This document shows, one piece after another, positions 27,037 to 36,904 of a DNA stretch of 49,592 nucleotides. Below the pieces are notes generated by a model. That model saw only the letters and a program-made list of their open reading frames with translations. It did not search any database and was not told the origin of the DNA. The position numbers and the translations under genes are program-made. This stretch comes from a bacterium (GTDB lineage: Bacteria; Patescibacteriota; Minisyncoccia; Minisyncoccales; CG1-02-41-26): NCBI GenBank assembly GCA_021158045.1, contig JAGGVK010000018.1, positions 1-49,592 of the forward strand, given 5' to 3'. Numbering within the stretch: position 1 is the first letter of the stretch; each line of letters opens with the position of its first letter.

Positions 27037-28275
27037 TTATGCATTTACCCGTTTTTTGATAATTAAGACAACAATTCCAGAACCTATAGCAATGCTTACA
27101 GCCATAAAAAAGGTTATTAGTGGGTGCTGATTTCCTTTTTTAAATTCTTGGTTTATATTTTTGTTAATATTTGCCAGTGCGGTTTTATTAGAGATGGTTT
27201 TTTTGTTGGCTATTGCTTTTTCATTCAGTGCTTTAGATTTTTTAGAACTTGCCGAAAGCATTGAGCCTTTAACTTTTATTTGCTCAGTAACATTTTCCCT
27301 CCCAGGGGTTAAGGTTTGGCTCCACTGCCAACCTTTTTGTGTGAGATTATATGATTGATTTAGAAGCGCTTTTTTATAAGTGACTTTGTTTATGATATTT
27401 CCGTTTGGCTGAATAAGTTTTAAGGTATCGCCGCTATTTTGTAAAGTAATTTTTGAAGTGGGTCGGCGGAGAACTAAAAAACCTTTGGCTTGAATTTTTG
27501 CCCCTTTCGGAAATGAGTAAGTTGTTATTGTTCCAACTACATCCTGAATTTTCCAGCCGGACAAATCAACTTCAAAATTATTTTCATTGAAAATTTCAAT
27601 CCATTCATTTTGGGCATCAGAACCTTTTGGGGAGGGTAAAATTTCGTTAATGAAAATATTTTTGGGATAAACTATCGGTTCCGGTTTTGCTTTTTGTTCT
27701 GGCTCTGGCTTTATTTTAACTGGACTGTTTTTATCTCTTGGCGTTCCCCCTGGACTCTGGCTGGTTTGCCAATTTTTGAGTTCTGACCCAAGAGCCAAAG
27801 GGCAAATCCTTTCCATTGTTTTCTTTGGTTTTTGGTTATTGCCAGCGGGCCATTTTTGGTTAACTGCTTCAGGGGTAGCATCAATAATATCTCCGGCTTT
27901 GTTTTTCAAAACAAGCTTACCATTTTTATCATATTTGTTGTGGAGCGATAATTTACTCTCTACCAAGTCGCAGTTGCCGATTTCTTTCCGGCAAATTAAA
28001 AAATACCCATAAGCGGGTATTTTGCCAGCAGAAATTTCTAAAGTGTTGTTCTTGACTCCGGCATTTTCAATTTCCCAGCCAGAAATATCAACTTCTTTGT
28101 TTGCTGGATTATAAAGCTCAATCCACTCTTCATTAGAAGAAACTTTTGTTCCCATCCAGGCTATTTCATTAATAACTACATTTGGGTTGTAAGCAAAAGA
28201 AATAAACGGTTCAGAACTCAAACCCAGAAGCAAAATAAAAAAAATTAGCCGAGTTATAATCATTATATTTTGCAA
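27037..28275 (-). CDS. Membrane-anchored protein with two lamin-tail domains
   Basis: VVINEIAW...EWIELYN...VDISGW and IFINEILP...EWIEIFN...VDLSGW; signal peptide and C-terminal TM. Confidence 0.88.
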   Translation of the reverse strand: MQNIMIITRLIFFILLLGLSSEPFISFAYNPNVVINEIAWMGTKVSSNEEWIELYNPANKEVDISGWEIENAGVKNNTLEISAGKIPAYGYFLICRKEIGNCDLVESKLSLHNKYDKNGKLVLKNKAGDIIDATPEAVNQKWPAGNNQKPKKTMERICPLALGSELKNWQTSQSPGGTPRDKNSPVKIKPEPEQKAKPEPIVYPKNIFINEILPSPKGSDAQNEWIEIFNENNFEVDLSGWKIQDVVGTITTYSFPKGAKIQAKGFLVLRRPTSKITLQNSGDTLKLIQPNGNIINKVTYKKALLNQSYNLTQKGWQWSQTLTPGRENVTEQIKVKGSMLSASSKKSKALNEKAIANKKTISNKTALANINKNINQEFKKGNQHPLITFFMAVSIAIGSGIVVLIIKKRVNA

Positions 28276-28293
28276 CTATCTTTAGAAAATAGT

Positions 28294-29295
28294 TTAGAAC
28301 AAAAGTTTTCTCTTTTGCGCCTTTAAACCCAAATGCCGCCTGGCAAGGTCTGTTGCCACCCTTCCCCTGGGAGTTCTAATAATAAAACCAAGCCGCATTA
28401 GGTAAGGTTCGTAGATATCCAATATAGTGTCTTCTTCTTCAGCGGTTGCAGCCGCCAATGTTTTTAAGCCTACAGGACCACCATTAAATTTGTTAATAAT
28501 TGTTTTTAAAATACGCCGGTCTTCTGCCAAAAGCCCTATATTGTCAATTTCTAACGAATCAAAAGCCTGTTTTGTAATTTCCTTTGTAATTCTACCATTC
28601 CCTTTTACTTGGGCAAAATCCCTTACTCTTTTAAGGAGATGGTTAGCGGTTCTGGGGGTAAAGCGGGATGATTTAGCAATAATTTTTAGGGCATCGTCAT
28701 CAGCCTCAATATTTAATATTCGGCTTGACCTCTGGAGGATTCTTTCAATATCAGACAAGTTATAGAAGTTTAATCCAAATATAACTCCAAATCTTGACCT
28801 GAGAGGCGCTGATACTAAAGAGAGGCGAGTGGTTGAGCCAATTAGGGTAAAGCGGGGAATTTTTAATTCTGTGGTGCGCGCCATAGGGCCTCTGCCTAAA
28901 ATTAAATTCAGTTTAAACTCTTCCATTGCCGGATAAAGATATTCTTCTAAGGTTTTGTTTAAGCGATGTATTTCATCACAGAACAGAATGCTTCCTTCAT
29001 TTAAATTTGTTAATATGGCTGCTAAGTCACCGGCTTTTTCAAGAGAAGGGCCAGAAGTAATTCTTATTTCAGTTCCTATTTCTTTAGATACTAAATGGGC
29101 GAGAGTTGTTTTTCCCAAGCCGGGATTTCCATAAAAGAGCAAGTGCTCTGGCGGTTCGTTTCTTTGTTTAGCTGCCTCAATGATAATTCTGATATTTTTT
29201 TTAACCTTTTCCTGGCCAACGTAATCCTCCCATCGTTGAGGTCGGAGAGTAAGGTCTAAATTATCTAGTTCATTTTTTGAGCCTTGACTTGACAT
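28294..29295 (-). CDS. ruvB: Holliday junction helicase RuvB
   Basis: LRPQ...YVGQ, GNPGLGKTTLA, DEIHRL, LRSRFG, YEPYL...G...RTPRGR. Confidence 0.98.
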   Translation of the reverse strand: MSSQGSKNELDNLDLTLRPQRWEDYVGQEKVKKNIRIIIEAAKQRNEPPEHLLFYGNPGLGKTTLAHLVSKEIGTEIRITSGPSLEKAGDLAAILTNLNEGSILFCDEIHRLNKTLEEYLYPAMEEFKLNLILGRGPMARTTELKIPRFTLIGSTTRLSLVSAPLRSRFGVIFGLNFYNLSDIERILQRSSRILNIEADDDALKIIAKSSRFTPRTANHLLKRVRDFAQVKGNGRITKEITKQAFDSLEIDNIGLLAEDRRILKTIINKFNGGPVGLKTLAAATAEEEDTILDIYEPYLMRLGFIIRTPRGRVATDLARRHLGLKAQKRKLLF

Positions 29296-29323
29296 TTTTA
29301 AATTAATATATTACAATATAAGC

Positions 29324-29445
29324 TAGCCCGAAACTAATTTGGGATTTTTCTTTGGAATGGATAATTAAGCTTTGGCTTAATTACTCCCCGGGAAAATTCT
29401 AACTTTAAAGCAACTTTGAGGCAATAATTAGTTTCGGGCTATTTT
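29324..29445 (+). ncRNA. Candidate ~120-nt small RNA with its own promoter
   Basis: TTGACA-17-TACAAT (29289-29317) points at the first base of a perfect 16-bp closing stem (29324-29339/29426-29441); inner stems need G-U pairs that form only on the + strand. Confidence 0.65.
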
Positions 29446-30740
29446 GGTGGAGCGGTTACCCTATTTACTTCTTCAAATGTTGTGATTTGAGAGATAACTT
29501 TAATTAAGCCATCCTTCCTTAAAGGAATCATTCCTTTTTTAATAACAAATTTTTTTAAGTCAGTGATAGAGGGAGACTTCAAGATGAAATTTTTAACATC
29601 ATCGTCAGCAACAAAGAATTCATAAATTCCAATTCGCCCTTTATAACCAGTGAAATTACAGAATTTGCAGCCTTGGGGCCTTGGAATTTTTAAATTTTTA
29701 TCAATTTTTGGAATTTTTATCCCTTTAGGCAAAGAGCTTAATTCCTTTTTAAGGATTTTTATTTCTTCATCTGTGGGAGGAGAAAATTTTACGCATTTTT
29801 TGCAAACTTTCCTAACAAGCCTTTGAGCAATGGCTATATTCATAGCTGGGGCGATATTTATGGCTTTTTCTCCCAATGCTTGAAGCCTGGCAATGGTGCC
29901 TGTTGAATCGTTTGTATGCAAAGTAGTTAAAACTGAATGTCCTGTTAAAGCGGCTTGTATGGCTATCTTGGCTGTTTCTAAATCTCTTATTTCTCCCACA
30001 AGAATAACATCAGGGTCTTGTCTCACTATTGCTCTTAATCCGTTAGAGAAAGTATAGCCTTTTTTAGGATGCACTTGCGTTTGAGAAATTCCTTCTAAGT
30101 GGTATTCAATGGGGTCTTCTATTGTTATAATTTTGATTTCAGGATTTCGAATTCTCTTTAAAATGGCATACAAAGTGGTTGTTTTTCCAGAACCGGTTGG
30201 GCCAGTAACAATTATCATCCCGTTTGGCTTTTTAATTTCTCTTTTAAGAATAGGGAGCATATCTTTCCTTAATCCCAAATCTTCTATCTCTATGAGATTT
30301 CTTGGGTCCAGAGTTCTCATTACTACTGATTCTCCATATTCGGAAGGGAGAGTTGATACTCTAACTTCTATTTTGTTTTCTCCTGTTATTATTTCAAAGC
30401 TGCCATCTTGAGGCCTGGAAGTAACGTTTAATTTAATGCCTGATAAGAGCTTTATCCTTGAAAGAAGCGGTTTTTCTTCTTGCGGGTTTAAAAATATTAT
30501 GTCGTGCAAAAGACCATCTACTCTCATTCTAAGCTTAACCTTTTTCTCTTCTGGCTCTAAGTGAATGTCTGAAGCCCTTAGGGAAATTGCTCCCCCTAAA
30601 ATTACTGCCATAACTTCTGTTATAGAGCCTTGTAGAACTTCTTCAATTTTTTCTTTTAGCTCCTTAACGTTCCTTATTTCCTTTTGTAGTTTTTTAAATT
30701 TTTCTCCTTCAATTTTTATCTCGCCAGCAATTGTTCTCAT
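29439..30740 (-). CDS. pilB: Type IV pilus/T2SS assembly ATPase (PilB/GspE), N-terminally short
   Basis: ASDIHLEP, GPTGSGKTTTLY, TIEDPIEY, RQDPDVILVGEIRD, AALTGH, Cys motifs, GYKGRIG. Confidence 0.9.
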   Translation of the reverse strand: MRTIAGEIKIEGEKFKKLQKEIRNVKELKEKIEEVLQGSITEVMAVILGGAISLRASDIHLEPEEKKVKLRMRVDGLLHDIIFLNPQEEKPLLSRIKLLSGIKLNVTSRPQDGSFEIITGENKIEVRVSTLPSEYGESVVMRTLDPRNLIEIEDLGLRKDMLPILKREIKKPNGMIIVTGPTGSGKTTTLYAILKRIRNPEIKIITIEDPIEYHLEGISQTQVHPKKGYTFSNGLRAIVRQDPDVILVGEIRDLETAKIAIQAALTGHSVLTTLHTNDSTGTIARLQALGEKAINIAPAMNIAIAQRLVRKVCKKCVKFSPPTDEEIKILKKELSSLPKGIKIPKIDKNLKIPRPQGCKFCNFTGYKGRIGIYEFFVADDDVKNFILKSPSITDLKKFVIKKGMIPLRKDGLIKVISQITTFEEVNRVTAPPK

Positions 30741-30744
30741 AAGT

Positions 30745-31815
30745 TTATAAATTTAGGAACTTTTCTTTTAATAAACTAAAATCGTTTTCTTGGGAAAGAA
30801 ACAACACGCCATTTCCTTTTTCCTCCCCTTCGAATGCCCTTAGGAATTTTTCTCTTAAAGAATTGTCTGGGCAGTAGAAAACGCCTTTAATTTTTAAGGG
30901 AGAATTACGCTCTTGCCATAAGAGAAGAAAGTTTTTTGAGAAAAATTCATATTTAAGTTTTTCTAAAACAAAAGTCAAATCTGATTCTTTGGAAAAAGTT
31001 TCTCTAAAATCTTTCTCTTCCAAAAAAGAGAAGAAGGTATTTTTCTCTTTATAAAAACTGGCTTTTCCAAGAATTCTCCCTAAAAGCTGAAGTTGGCTCT
31101 TTGAAGGCTCTTTTAGGATATTTGTTATAACCTCCTGATAATCTGCAGTTTCTGTTAGTTTTTTTACCCTTGCAAAAGTTTGGGAGGTGGTTTTCTGGTT
31201 GCGAAAATTATTAGTTGCTGATACTATTCCTGCCAAGAGAGAGGCTGCTGCTTTTTGCGGGATTTTTTCTTTTATTGAGTTTAGAAAATCAAAGACAATT
31301 TCCGAGAGAGAGGATTTTGCCTCTATTAGGTTTGTTTGCCCATAGTTTTCGTTTCCGGTTTGGTTATCAATGTTTATAATTTGGAGGTTGCTTTTGGGAA
31401 AAACTTTTTCCACCTCTTTTAATTTATCTATTCCTATGGTTATTAAAAGGTCTGGGGAGAATAATGGCTCAAAAGACAAATCTTCTTCTTGGATAGGATT
31501 AGGGAAACTTTCCAAGTAGAGTTTTAACTTTCCGCTTTCCTTTTCGTAGGAGATTTGGGATATTTTGGTTTTTTGTTCTTTTATGGTTATTAATGATTGT
31601 TGAGTAAGCGTTTTTGTGGATAACTCTTTGGTTAGAAACTGAAATTTTTTTGGAACTCTTTTGAAAATTAGGTTTACATTTTTCCCTAAATCCTTTAAAC
31701 TGTAAAAAAAGCCCAAAGAAGCGGGAAATGAATCTGCCCGTAAGTTCTGACAGGGCAAGAGGTGAATGTTTTGAGCTCCCGAAATTATCTTTTGGGCTTG
31801 GCTAAAATTTTCCAT
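30745..31815 (-). CDS. Degenerate DHH/NrnA-like phosphoesterase
   Basis: Fold motifs IINIDNQ..N..YG..N, SEIV, LLAGIV..TNNF retained; DHH replaced by DNQ. Confidence 0.75.
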   Translation of the reverse strand: MENFSQAQKIISGAQNIHLLPCQNLRADSFPASLGFFYSLKDLGKNVNLIFKRVPKKFQFLTKELSTKTLTQQSLITIKEQKTKISQISYEKESGKLKLYLESFPNPIQEEDLSFEPLFSPDLLITIGIDKLKEVEKVFPKSNLQIINIDNQTGNENYGQTNLIEAKSSLSEIVFDFLNSIKEKIPQKAAASLLAGIVSATNNFRNQKTTSQTFARVKKLTETADYQEVITNILKEPSKSQLQLLGRILGKASFYKEKNTFFSFLEEKDFRETFSKESDLTFVLEKLKYEFFSKNFLLLWQERNSPLKIKGVFYCPDNSLREKFLRAFEGEEKGNGVLFLSQENDFSLLKEKFLNL

Positions 31816-31872
31816 TTTGTTTTAACGCTAATTAGATTGTAGATTATACAAAACTACCTCAAAATCAGTTCA

Positions 31873-32370
31873 ATGTCAAATAAAACTAAAGATAAAAAAC
31901 TGCGCACTAAAAAATTTCTTATTAATTCTCCAGAAGAAATGAAAATTTTAGGGAAAGAAATAGCCGAGAGCCAACTTGTGCGCAAGCACAAGAAAGCAGC
32001 GATTGTTTTTGGCCTTCAAGGAAATCTTGGAAGCGGAAAAACTACCTTTTTGCAGGGATTTGCTCAGGGCCTTGGCTTGAAAGAGAGGATTTTAAGCCCG
32101 ACCTTTGTAATAATGAAGCGATTCCGATTTAACAATTCAGCAACAAAGCAATTTAACGATTTCTTTCATATTGACTGCTATAGAATAAAAAAACCAGAAG
32201 AGATTTTAGACATTGGCTTTAAAAAGGTTATTTCTAACCCTCGCAATATTGTCTGCGTTGAGTGGGCAGACCGTATTAAGAAAATTATGCCTCCTAATAC
32301 TATCTGGTTAAGGTTCTCTTTTTTAGGCAAAGAAAAAAGAAAAGTAATTTCTTTTCTTTCTGATTTTTAA
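31873..32370 (+). CDS. tsaE: tRNA t6A biosynthesis ATPase TsaE
   Basis: LQGNLGSGKTT, SPTFVI, HIDCYRI, VEWA. Confidence 0.95.
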   Translation: MSNKTKDKKLRTKKFLINSPEEMKILGKEIAESQLVRKHKKAAIVFGLQGNLGSGKTTFLQGFAQGLGLKERILSPTFVIMKRFRFNNSATKQFNDFFHIDCYRIKKPEEILDIGFKKVISNPRNIVCVEWADRIKKIMPPNTIWLRFSFLGKEKRKVISFLSDF

Positions 32371-32380
32371 TTTTTATTTT

Positions 32381-33322
32381 ATGGGCAAGAAAAAATTTCT
32401 TATCATTGATAGTAATTCTTTAATCCATCGCGCTTTTCATGCTTTACCTCCTCTAACTACTCGTGATGGTAAAATAGTTAATGCTCTTTATGGATTTTCA
32501 TCTGTTTTCCTTAAAGTTTTAAAAGAAATAAAGCCGGATTTTATTGCTGCAGCTTTTGATTACCCTGCCCTTACTTTCCGCCATAAGGAGTTTAAAGAAT
32601 ATAAAGCCCAAAGGCCCAAAACTCCTCCAGAACTCAGTCAACAAATTCCCGAGATAAAAGAATTTTTAGCAAGTTTTGATGTGCCGATTTTTGAAAAAGA
32701 AGGGTTTGAGGCAGACGATATTATCGGGACGATTTCTAAAACCTTGCAGAAAGATAAGCCTGATAACGACGAAATTGAGATAGTAATTTTAAGTGGCGAT
32801 TTGGACCTTTTACAATTGGTTACAGAAAAAGCAAGGGTTTATTTTCTTCAAAAAGGCGTTAAAGAAACTGTTAGTTACAATGTGGAAGAAGTTAAAAAGA
32901 GATTTCAAGGATTACTGCCTCGTCAACTTATTGATTTCAAAGCCCTAAGAGGAGACCCTTCTGACAATATTCCCGGAGTGCCAGGAGTTGGAGAAAAAAC
33001 AGCAATTAAATTAATTAAAGAATTCGGCAGCTTAGACAATTTGTATGGAGCCATCGCTGCGGGGAGAAAATTGGCGGTTAGCCAGGGCCTTTTGGATAAA
33101 CTCAAAAAATATAAAAACCAAGCTTTTCTTTCAAGAAAACTTTCTAAGATATATTCTCAAGTGCCGATTGTTTTTAAATTAGAGGCTTGTTGCCTAAAAG
33201 GTTATGGCAAAGAGAAGGTGGCTAGATTTTTAAAAAAATTTGAATTTTCAACGCTTCTGAAAAGATTAAGCAACCTTGAATCGGAAACTAAAAAGCAATT
33301 AGTGTTGGGTGATAATTTTTAA
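32381..33322 (+). CDS. Stand-alone 5'-3' exonuclease (PolA N-terminal domain)
   Basis: IDSNSLIHRAFHA, FEADDIIGT, SGDLDLLQL, GDPSDNIPGVPGVGEKTA; no polymerase domain. Confidence 0.93.
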   Translation: MGKKKFLIIDSNSLIHRAFHALPPLTTRDGKIVNALYGFSSVFLKVLKEIKPDFIAAAFDYPALTFRHKEFKEYKAQRPKTPPELSQQIPEIKEFLASFDVPIFEKEGFEADDIIGTISKTLQKDKPDNDEIEIVILSGDLDLLQLVTEKARVYFLQKGVKETVSYNVEEVKKRFQGLLPRQLIDFKALRGDPSDNIPGVPGVGEKTAIKLIKEFGSLDNLYGAIAAGRKLAVSQGLLDKLKKYKNQAFLSRKLSKIYSQVPIVFKLEACCLKGYGKEKVARFLKKFEFSTLLKRLSNLESETKKQLVLGDNF

Positions 33323-33378
33323 TGTTTGTTTTCGCTAAAACTGTGCTAAAATGATTAGAAACGCTTGTATATTTAATA

Positions 33379-33904
33379 TGATAGAATCAGCAGCGAGAAA
33401 AGCGTTGTTAGAAAAAGAGATGGCAAGGAAAATAATTTTAGAGAACTTGGATAAAGAAGCGCAATTTAGAAAATATGTAATTTTAGGGATGATTCTCGTT
33501 TTTGCAGTTTTGAAAATTATCCTGAAACCTATCCCCGTTGCATTTTGATATGTCTTTATGTTTTTGCAGCTCTCTGCCGTTAAAGCGTGCATGGTTCTTG
33601 TTTCAATACTAGTTCTGAAAGTGCTTACGCTTTTTATTGCTGGGAAGTGTCGTATCTTTTTTGGAGAGAATTTAGAAATAAGAATTTCGGAACAAGGCTC
33701 TTTGACAAGAGCCTTAGCCAAAAGCAGAATAAAAAATCAACAATTAAAGGCAATAAATGAAGTTTTAGAGGCAAAAGTGAGAATGAGAACCCAGCGGGCT
33801 TGGAGAGATTTTATAAACTTACCGTTGGCAGAGAGTTAAAGATGATAGAATTGAAGAAAGAAATTGAGGAACTAAAAAAGAAGGTTACCTTAAAGAATAA
33901 TTAA
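33379..33904 (+). pseudogene. Disrupted membrane/coiled-coil signalling gene
   Basis: ORFs 33351-33548 and 33558-33839 are in the same frame separated by one TGA; after a frameshift near 33795 another frame reads LERFYKLTVGRELKMIELKKEIEELKKK*. Confidence 0.65.
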
Positions 33905-33921
33905 CAGCGGTATTAAATAAT

Positions 33922-34551
33922 ATGACCATAAATCAAATATTGGAAAATTCATCGCTTAGAAAAGAAATGGAAAAGTTGTGGAAATTTACAAAAGGAAAAG
34001 TAAGGGCTGAGACAATCAAGAATCATTTCCAATGCATTGAAGCGATGGAAGGCAAAGAAGGGCTGATAAAAGTTCAAAATAAGTTGGAAGAATTAGGGCA
34101 CCCTATAAGAGATTTGAAAAAGTTTAGTCCCTTGGAGTTTGTGCCTACTGCCTTAGCTGATTCAGTTGTCTTGGTGGCGACTTATGTGTTTCATTGGACG
34201 GACAGGGATATTTTTCAAATGGGGAATTCAGCCCCGAAGTTTTCCTTCATTGTAAGATTGCTGATGAAAACATTTTTAAGTTTAAGAAAAGTTTTTGAAG
34301 AAGCCCCGAAGTATTGGCAAGAACACTTCACTGAAGGGCGAGTGGAAGCTGCTGTGTTCAATGCAAAAGAGAAATACCTTATTTTACGACTATATCATTG
34401 GTGCCATCCAGTTATGTGCGTATTTTATGCTGGGTATTTCTTAAGAATAGGCCAGTATGTGATAAGAAGCAAGAATGTTGCTATTAAAGAAACGAAATGC
34501 ATGAACAGAGGTGATCCTTATCATGAGTTTTTAATACATTGGGAAAGTTAA
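33922..34551 (+). CDS. V4R-like ligand-binding domain protein
   Basis: C..YAGYF...IKETKCMNRGDPYHEFLIHW C-terminus. Confidence 0.7.
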   Translation: MTINQILENSSLRKEMEKLWKFTKGKVRAETIKNHFQCIEAMEGKEGLIKVQNKLEELGHPIRDLKKFSPLEFVPTALADSVVLVATYVFHWTDRDIFQMGNSAPKFSFIVRLLMKTFLSLRKVFEEAPKYWQEHFTEGRVEAAVFNAKEKYLILRLYHWCHPVMCVFYAGYFLRIGQYVIRSKNVAIKETKCMNRGDPYHEFLIHWES

Positions 34552-34554
34552 ATT

Positions 34555-36162
34555 ATGTGCCCGGTTTTTTTAAAAAAAGAGAATAAGGAGCAAGAAAGAG
34601 AATGCCAGGAACTTCAAAGCGACCTAAACGACCTCACCTCGTATTTAAATAGTTTCTCTTCTTTCTTGCCTTTAGCTGTTTGCACTGTTAATCCAGCAGG
34701 TATTATTATTGATATTAATAAAGCCTTCACTAACCTCACAGGATTTGAGGTGGTTGATGTAGTAGGAAAGCCTTTGAAAAGTTTGTTCTTAGAGAAAGAA
34801 AAACTTGCTCTTGTGTTGGAGAAAATTACCGGAAGCAGAAAGCCTATTACCACTAGGGAACTGACATTGTTAACCAAGTTAGGAAAAAAAATATCAGTTG
34901 ATTTTTCAGCTCAAGCAAGGATAGACAAGGTGGGTCGTTATGTTGGTTGTTTTGTCGCCCTTTCAGACATCACTGAATTCAGAAAATTCCAGGAAGAGCT
35001 AGAAAAAAGCGTGAAGAAAAAGACAAGAGAGCTTCAGCAAAAAACGGAAGACCTTATGCGTTCTAGGGAAGCTTTGATGAATATTCTTGAGGATGTCCAG
35101 GCTGCTCGGGAAGCATCAGAAGAAGAAAGGGATAGAACATTGGCTATTATAGAGAATTTTACTGATGGACTTTTGCTTTTTGACAACCATAATTTGCTTT
35201 TGTTGATTAATCCTCAAGCCCAAGAGTTTTTTGGCGTAAGGTCGCAAGATATAATAGAGAAGTCGTTAAGTGACTTAAGAAAGGTAAAATCCTTGCAGCC
35301 TTTAGTAAAGCTTCTCGGCAAGGAAATCAGAGGCTTTTTTAGGAAAGAACTGGATTTAGGGAAAAATTTAATTCTTGAAGTTTCCGCAATACCTATTATT
35401 ATCAAGGGGAAGAAAAGCCAGAATTTGGTTATTTTACATAATGTGACTAGGGAAAAAACCGTTGAAAGATTGAAAACAGAATTTGTTTCTATTTCTGCCC
35501 ATCAATTAAGAACGCCGCTATCAGCTATTAAGTGGACATTGAGGATGCTTTTAGATGGAGACATTGGGAAGATTTCTTCAGACCAAAGAAACATTCTTGA
35601 GAAGGCTTATAAAAGCAATGAAAGAATGATAAAATTGATTAACGACCTTTTAGACGTGACAAGAATTGAAGAAGGGAGGTTTCTTTACAATATAAAGAAA
35701 GCAGACTTTATAAAGATAGTGAAGGGGGTAATCTCGGCTTTAAGGGATGTGGCTAAGAAGTCGAAACTTACCCTTCATCTTTTGCTTCCCAGTAATAAGA
35801 TACCTGAGGTTAAAGTGGACGCTGAGAAGATTTCTTTGGCTGTGCAGAATTTGATAGAAAATGCAGTTCATTACACTCCTGCGGGAGGGAAGGTGACAGT
35901 TTCAATAAAATATGACAAAGAACATAAAGAGGTGCTCTTTTCTGTTGAGGATACTGGCATTGGCATTCCAGAAAGCCAGCAAAAGAGAGTTTTTAGCAAG
36001 TTTTTCAGGTCGCCAAACGCAATAAGAAAAGAGACGGTAGGGACAGGGCTTGGCCTTTTTACTACTAAAAATATTGTTGAAGCGCATGGTGGCAAAATTT
36101 GGTTTAAGTCAAAAGAAGGGAAAGGGACAACCTTTTACTTCTCTTTACCCGTAAAGAGATAA
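34555..36162 (+). CDS. Soluble PAS-PAS sensor histidine kinase
   Basis: Two PAS-like domains; SAHQLRTPL H-box, NLIENAVHY, DTGIGI, GTGLGL. Confidence 0.95.
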   Translation: MCPVFLKKENKEQERECQELQSDLNDLTSYLNSFSSFLPLAVCTVNPAGIIIDINKAFTNLTGFEVVDVVGKPLKSLFLEKEKLALVLEKITGSRKPITTRELTLLTKLGKKISVDFSAQARIDKVGRYVGCFVALSDITEFRKFQEELEKSVKKKTRELQQKTEDLMRSREALMNILEDVQAAREASEEERDRTLAIIENFTDGLLLFDNHNLLLLINPQAQEFFGVRSQDIIEKSLSDLRKVKSLQPLVKLLGKEIRGFFRKELDLGKNLILEVSAIPIIIKGKKSQNLVILHNVTREKTVERLKTEFVSISAHQLRTPLSAIKWTLRMLLDGDIGKISSDQRNILEKAYKSNERMIKLINDLLDVTRIEEGRFLYNIKKADFIKIVKGVISALRDVAKKSKLTLHLLLPSNKIPEVKVDAEKISLAVQNLIENAVHYTPAGGKVTVSIKYDKEHKEVLFSVEDTGIGIPESQQKRVFSKFFRSPNAIRKETVGTGLGLFTTKNIVEAHGGKIWFKSKEGKGTTFYFSLPVKR

Positions 36163-36167
36163 CTTTT

Positions 36168-36440
36168 TTGGCATCTGATATTTTGTTTACATTTTTGGAT
36201 TCTGGGTTTTTAATGTTTGCTTTAATTATTTTGTTTGTTATAATAAATATAATTCAGACTTGGCTAATCCTAAGTTATAAACGTTTGATTAGAGGGGGTG
36301 TGATGATAGGGGTAATCGAGGCTATAGAATTTCCAATTTTAATATTAGTTATTATAAAAGCAGGCCTGATAGGGCTTTTAACAGTGGTAATTGTAGAGGC
36401 GGTTCAATGGTCAACTATTGCTTTTTTAACTTTGCGCTAG
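36168..36440 (+). CDS. Small multi-TM membrane protein
   Basis: Hydrophobic throughout; operon spacing. Confidence 0.6.
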   Translation: MASDILFTFLDSGFLMFALIILFVIINIIQTWLILSYKRLIRGGVMIGVIEAIEFPILILVIIKAGLIGLLTVVIVEAVQWSTIAFLTLR

Positions 36441-36464
36441 TAAAATAAAACAAGGCGGTAAAAT

Positions 36465-36893
36465 ATGTTTAGGGAAAAATTATCTAAGTTTCTTCCATAT
36501 TTAGCTATAGTTCCCGCTAATCCCCACCCTCCTGTAATTGGAATAAAATATTTTGATTTAAATACTTTAATGGGGCAATCTTTAGGTTGGCTGAAATGGC
36601 CTATATTGTTTAGCCTTTGTTTTGCAGCCGTGACTTTTGTTGTTGCCACTTTTTATATTATCCGCTACACCCGAGGTTATTACGAGAAAAGGGCAGTCTC
36701 TAAATCTTGGAAATGTATTCTAGCAGGATTTTTTATTACGGCTATAGCTGAAACTGGTGAACTTCTCTGTTATTACGAATGGCCCAATGCAGGCTTAATA
36801 GAGTCAAATTTCATTTTAGCCATTCCTCATGCTTTAGGCGGTTTTTTGATTGGTTTGGGTGCTTATTTGCTTTATAAAGAAGTAACACCATAA
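36465..36893 (+). CDS. Small 3-TM membrane protein
   Basis: TM-YYEKRAVSKSWK-TM(AE.GEL)-TM-GAYLLYK. Confidence 0.7.
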   Translation: MFREKLSKFLPYLAIVPANPHPPVIGIKYFDLNTLMGQSLGWLKWPILFSLCFAAVTFVVATFYIIRYTRGYYEKRAVSKSWKCILAGFFITAIAETGELLCYYEWPNAGLIESNFILAIPHALGGFLIGLGAYLLYKEVTP

Positions 36894-36904
36894 ATAGAAA
36901 TAAT

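Noticed and set aside
33546..33548. TGA recoding (genetic code 25) to explain the in-frame stop
   Set aside because: rpmH, jag, yebC and holA end at TGA at their normal lengths, so code 11 applies
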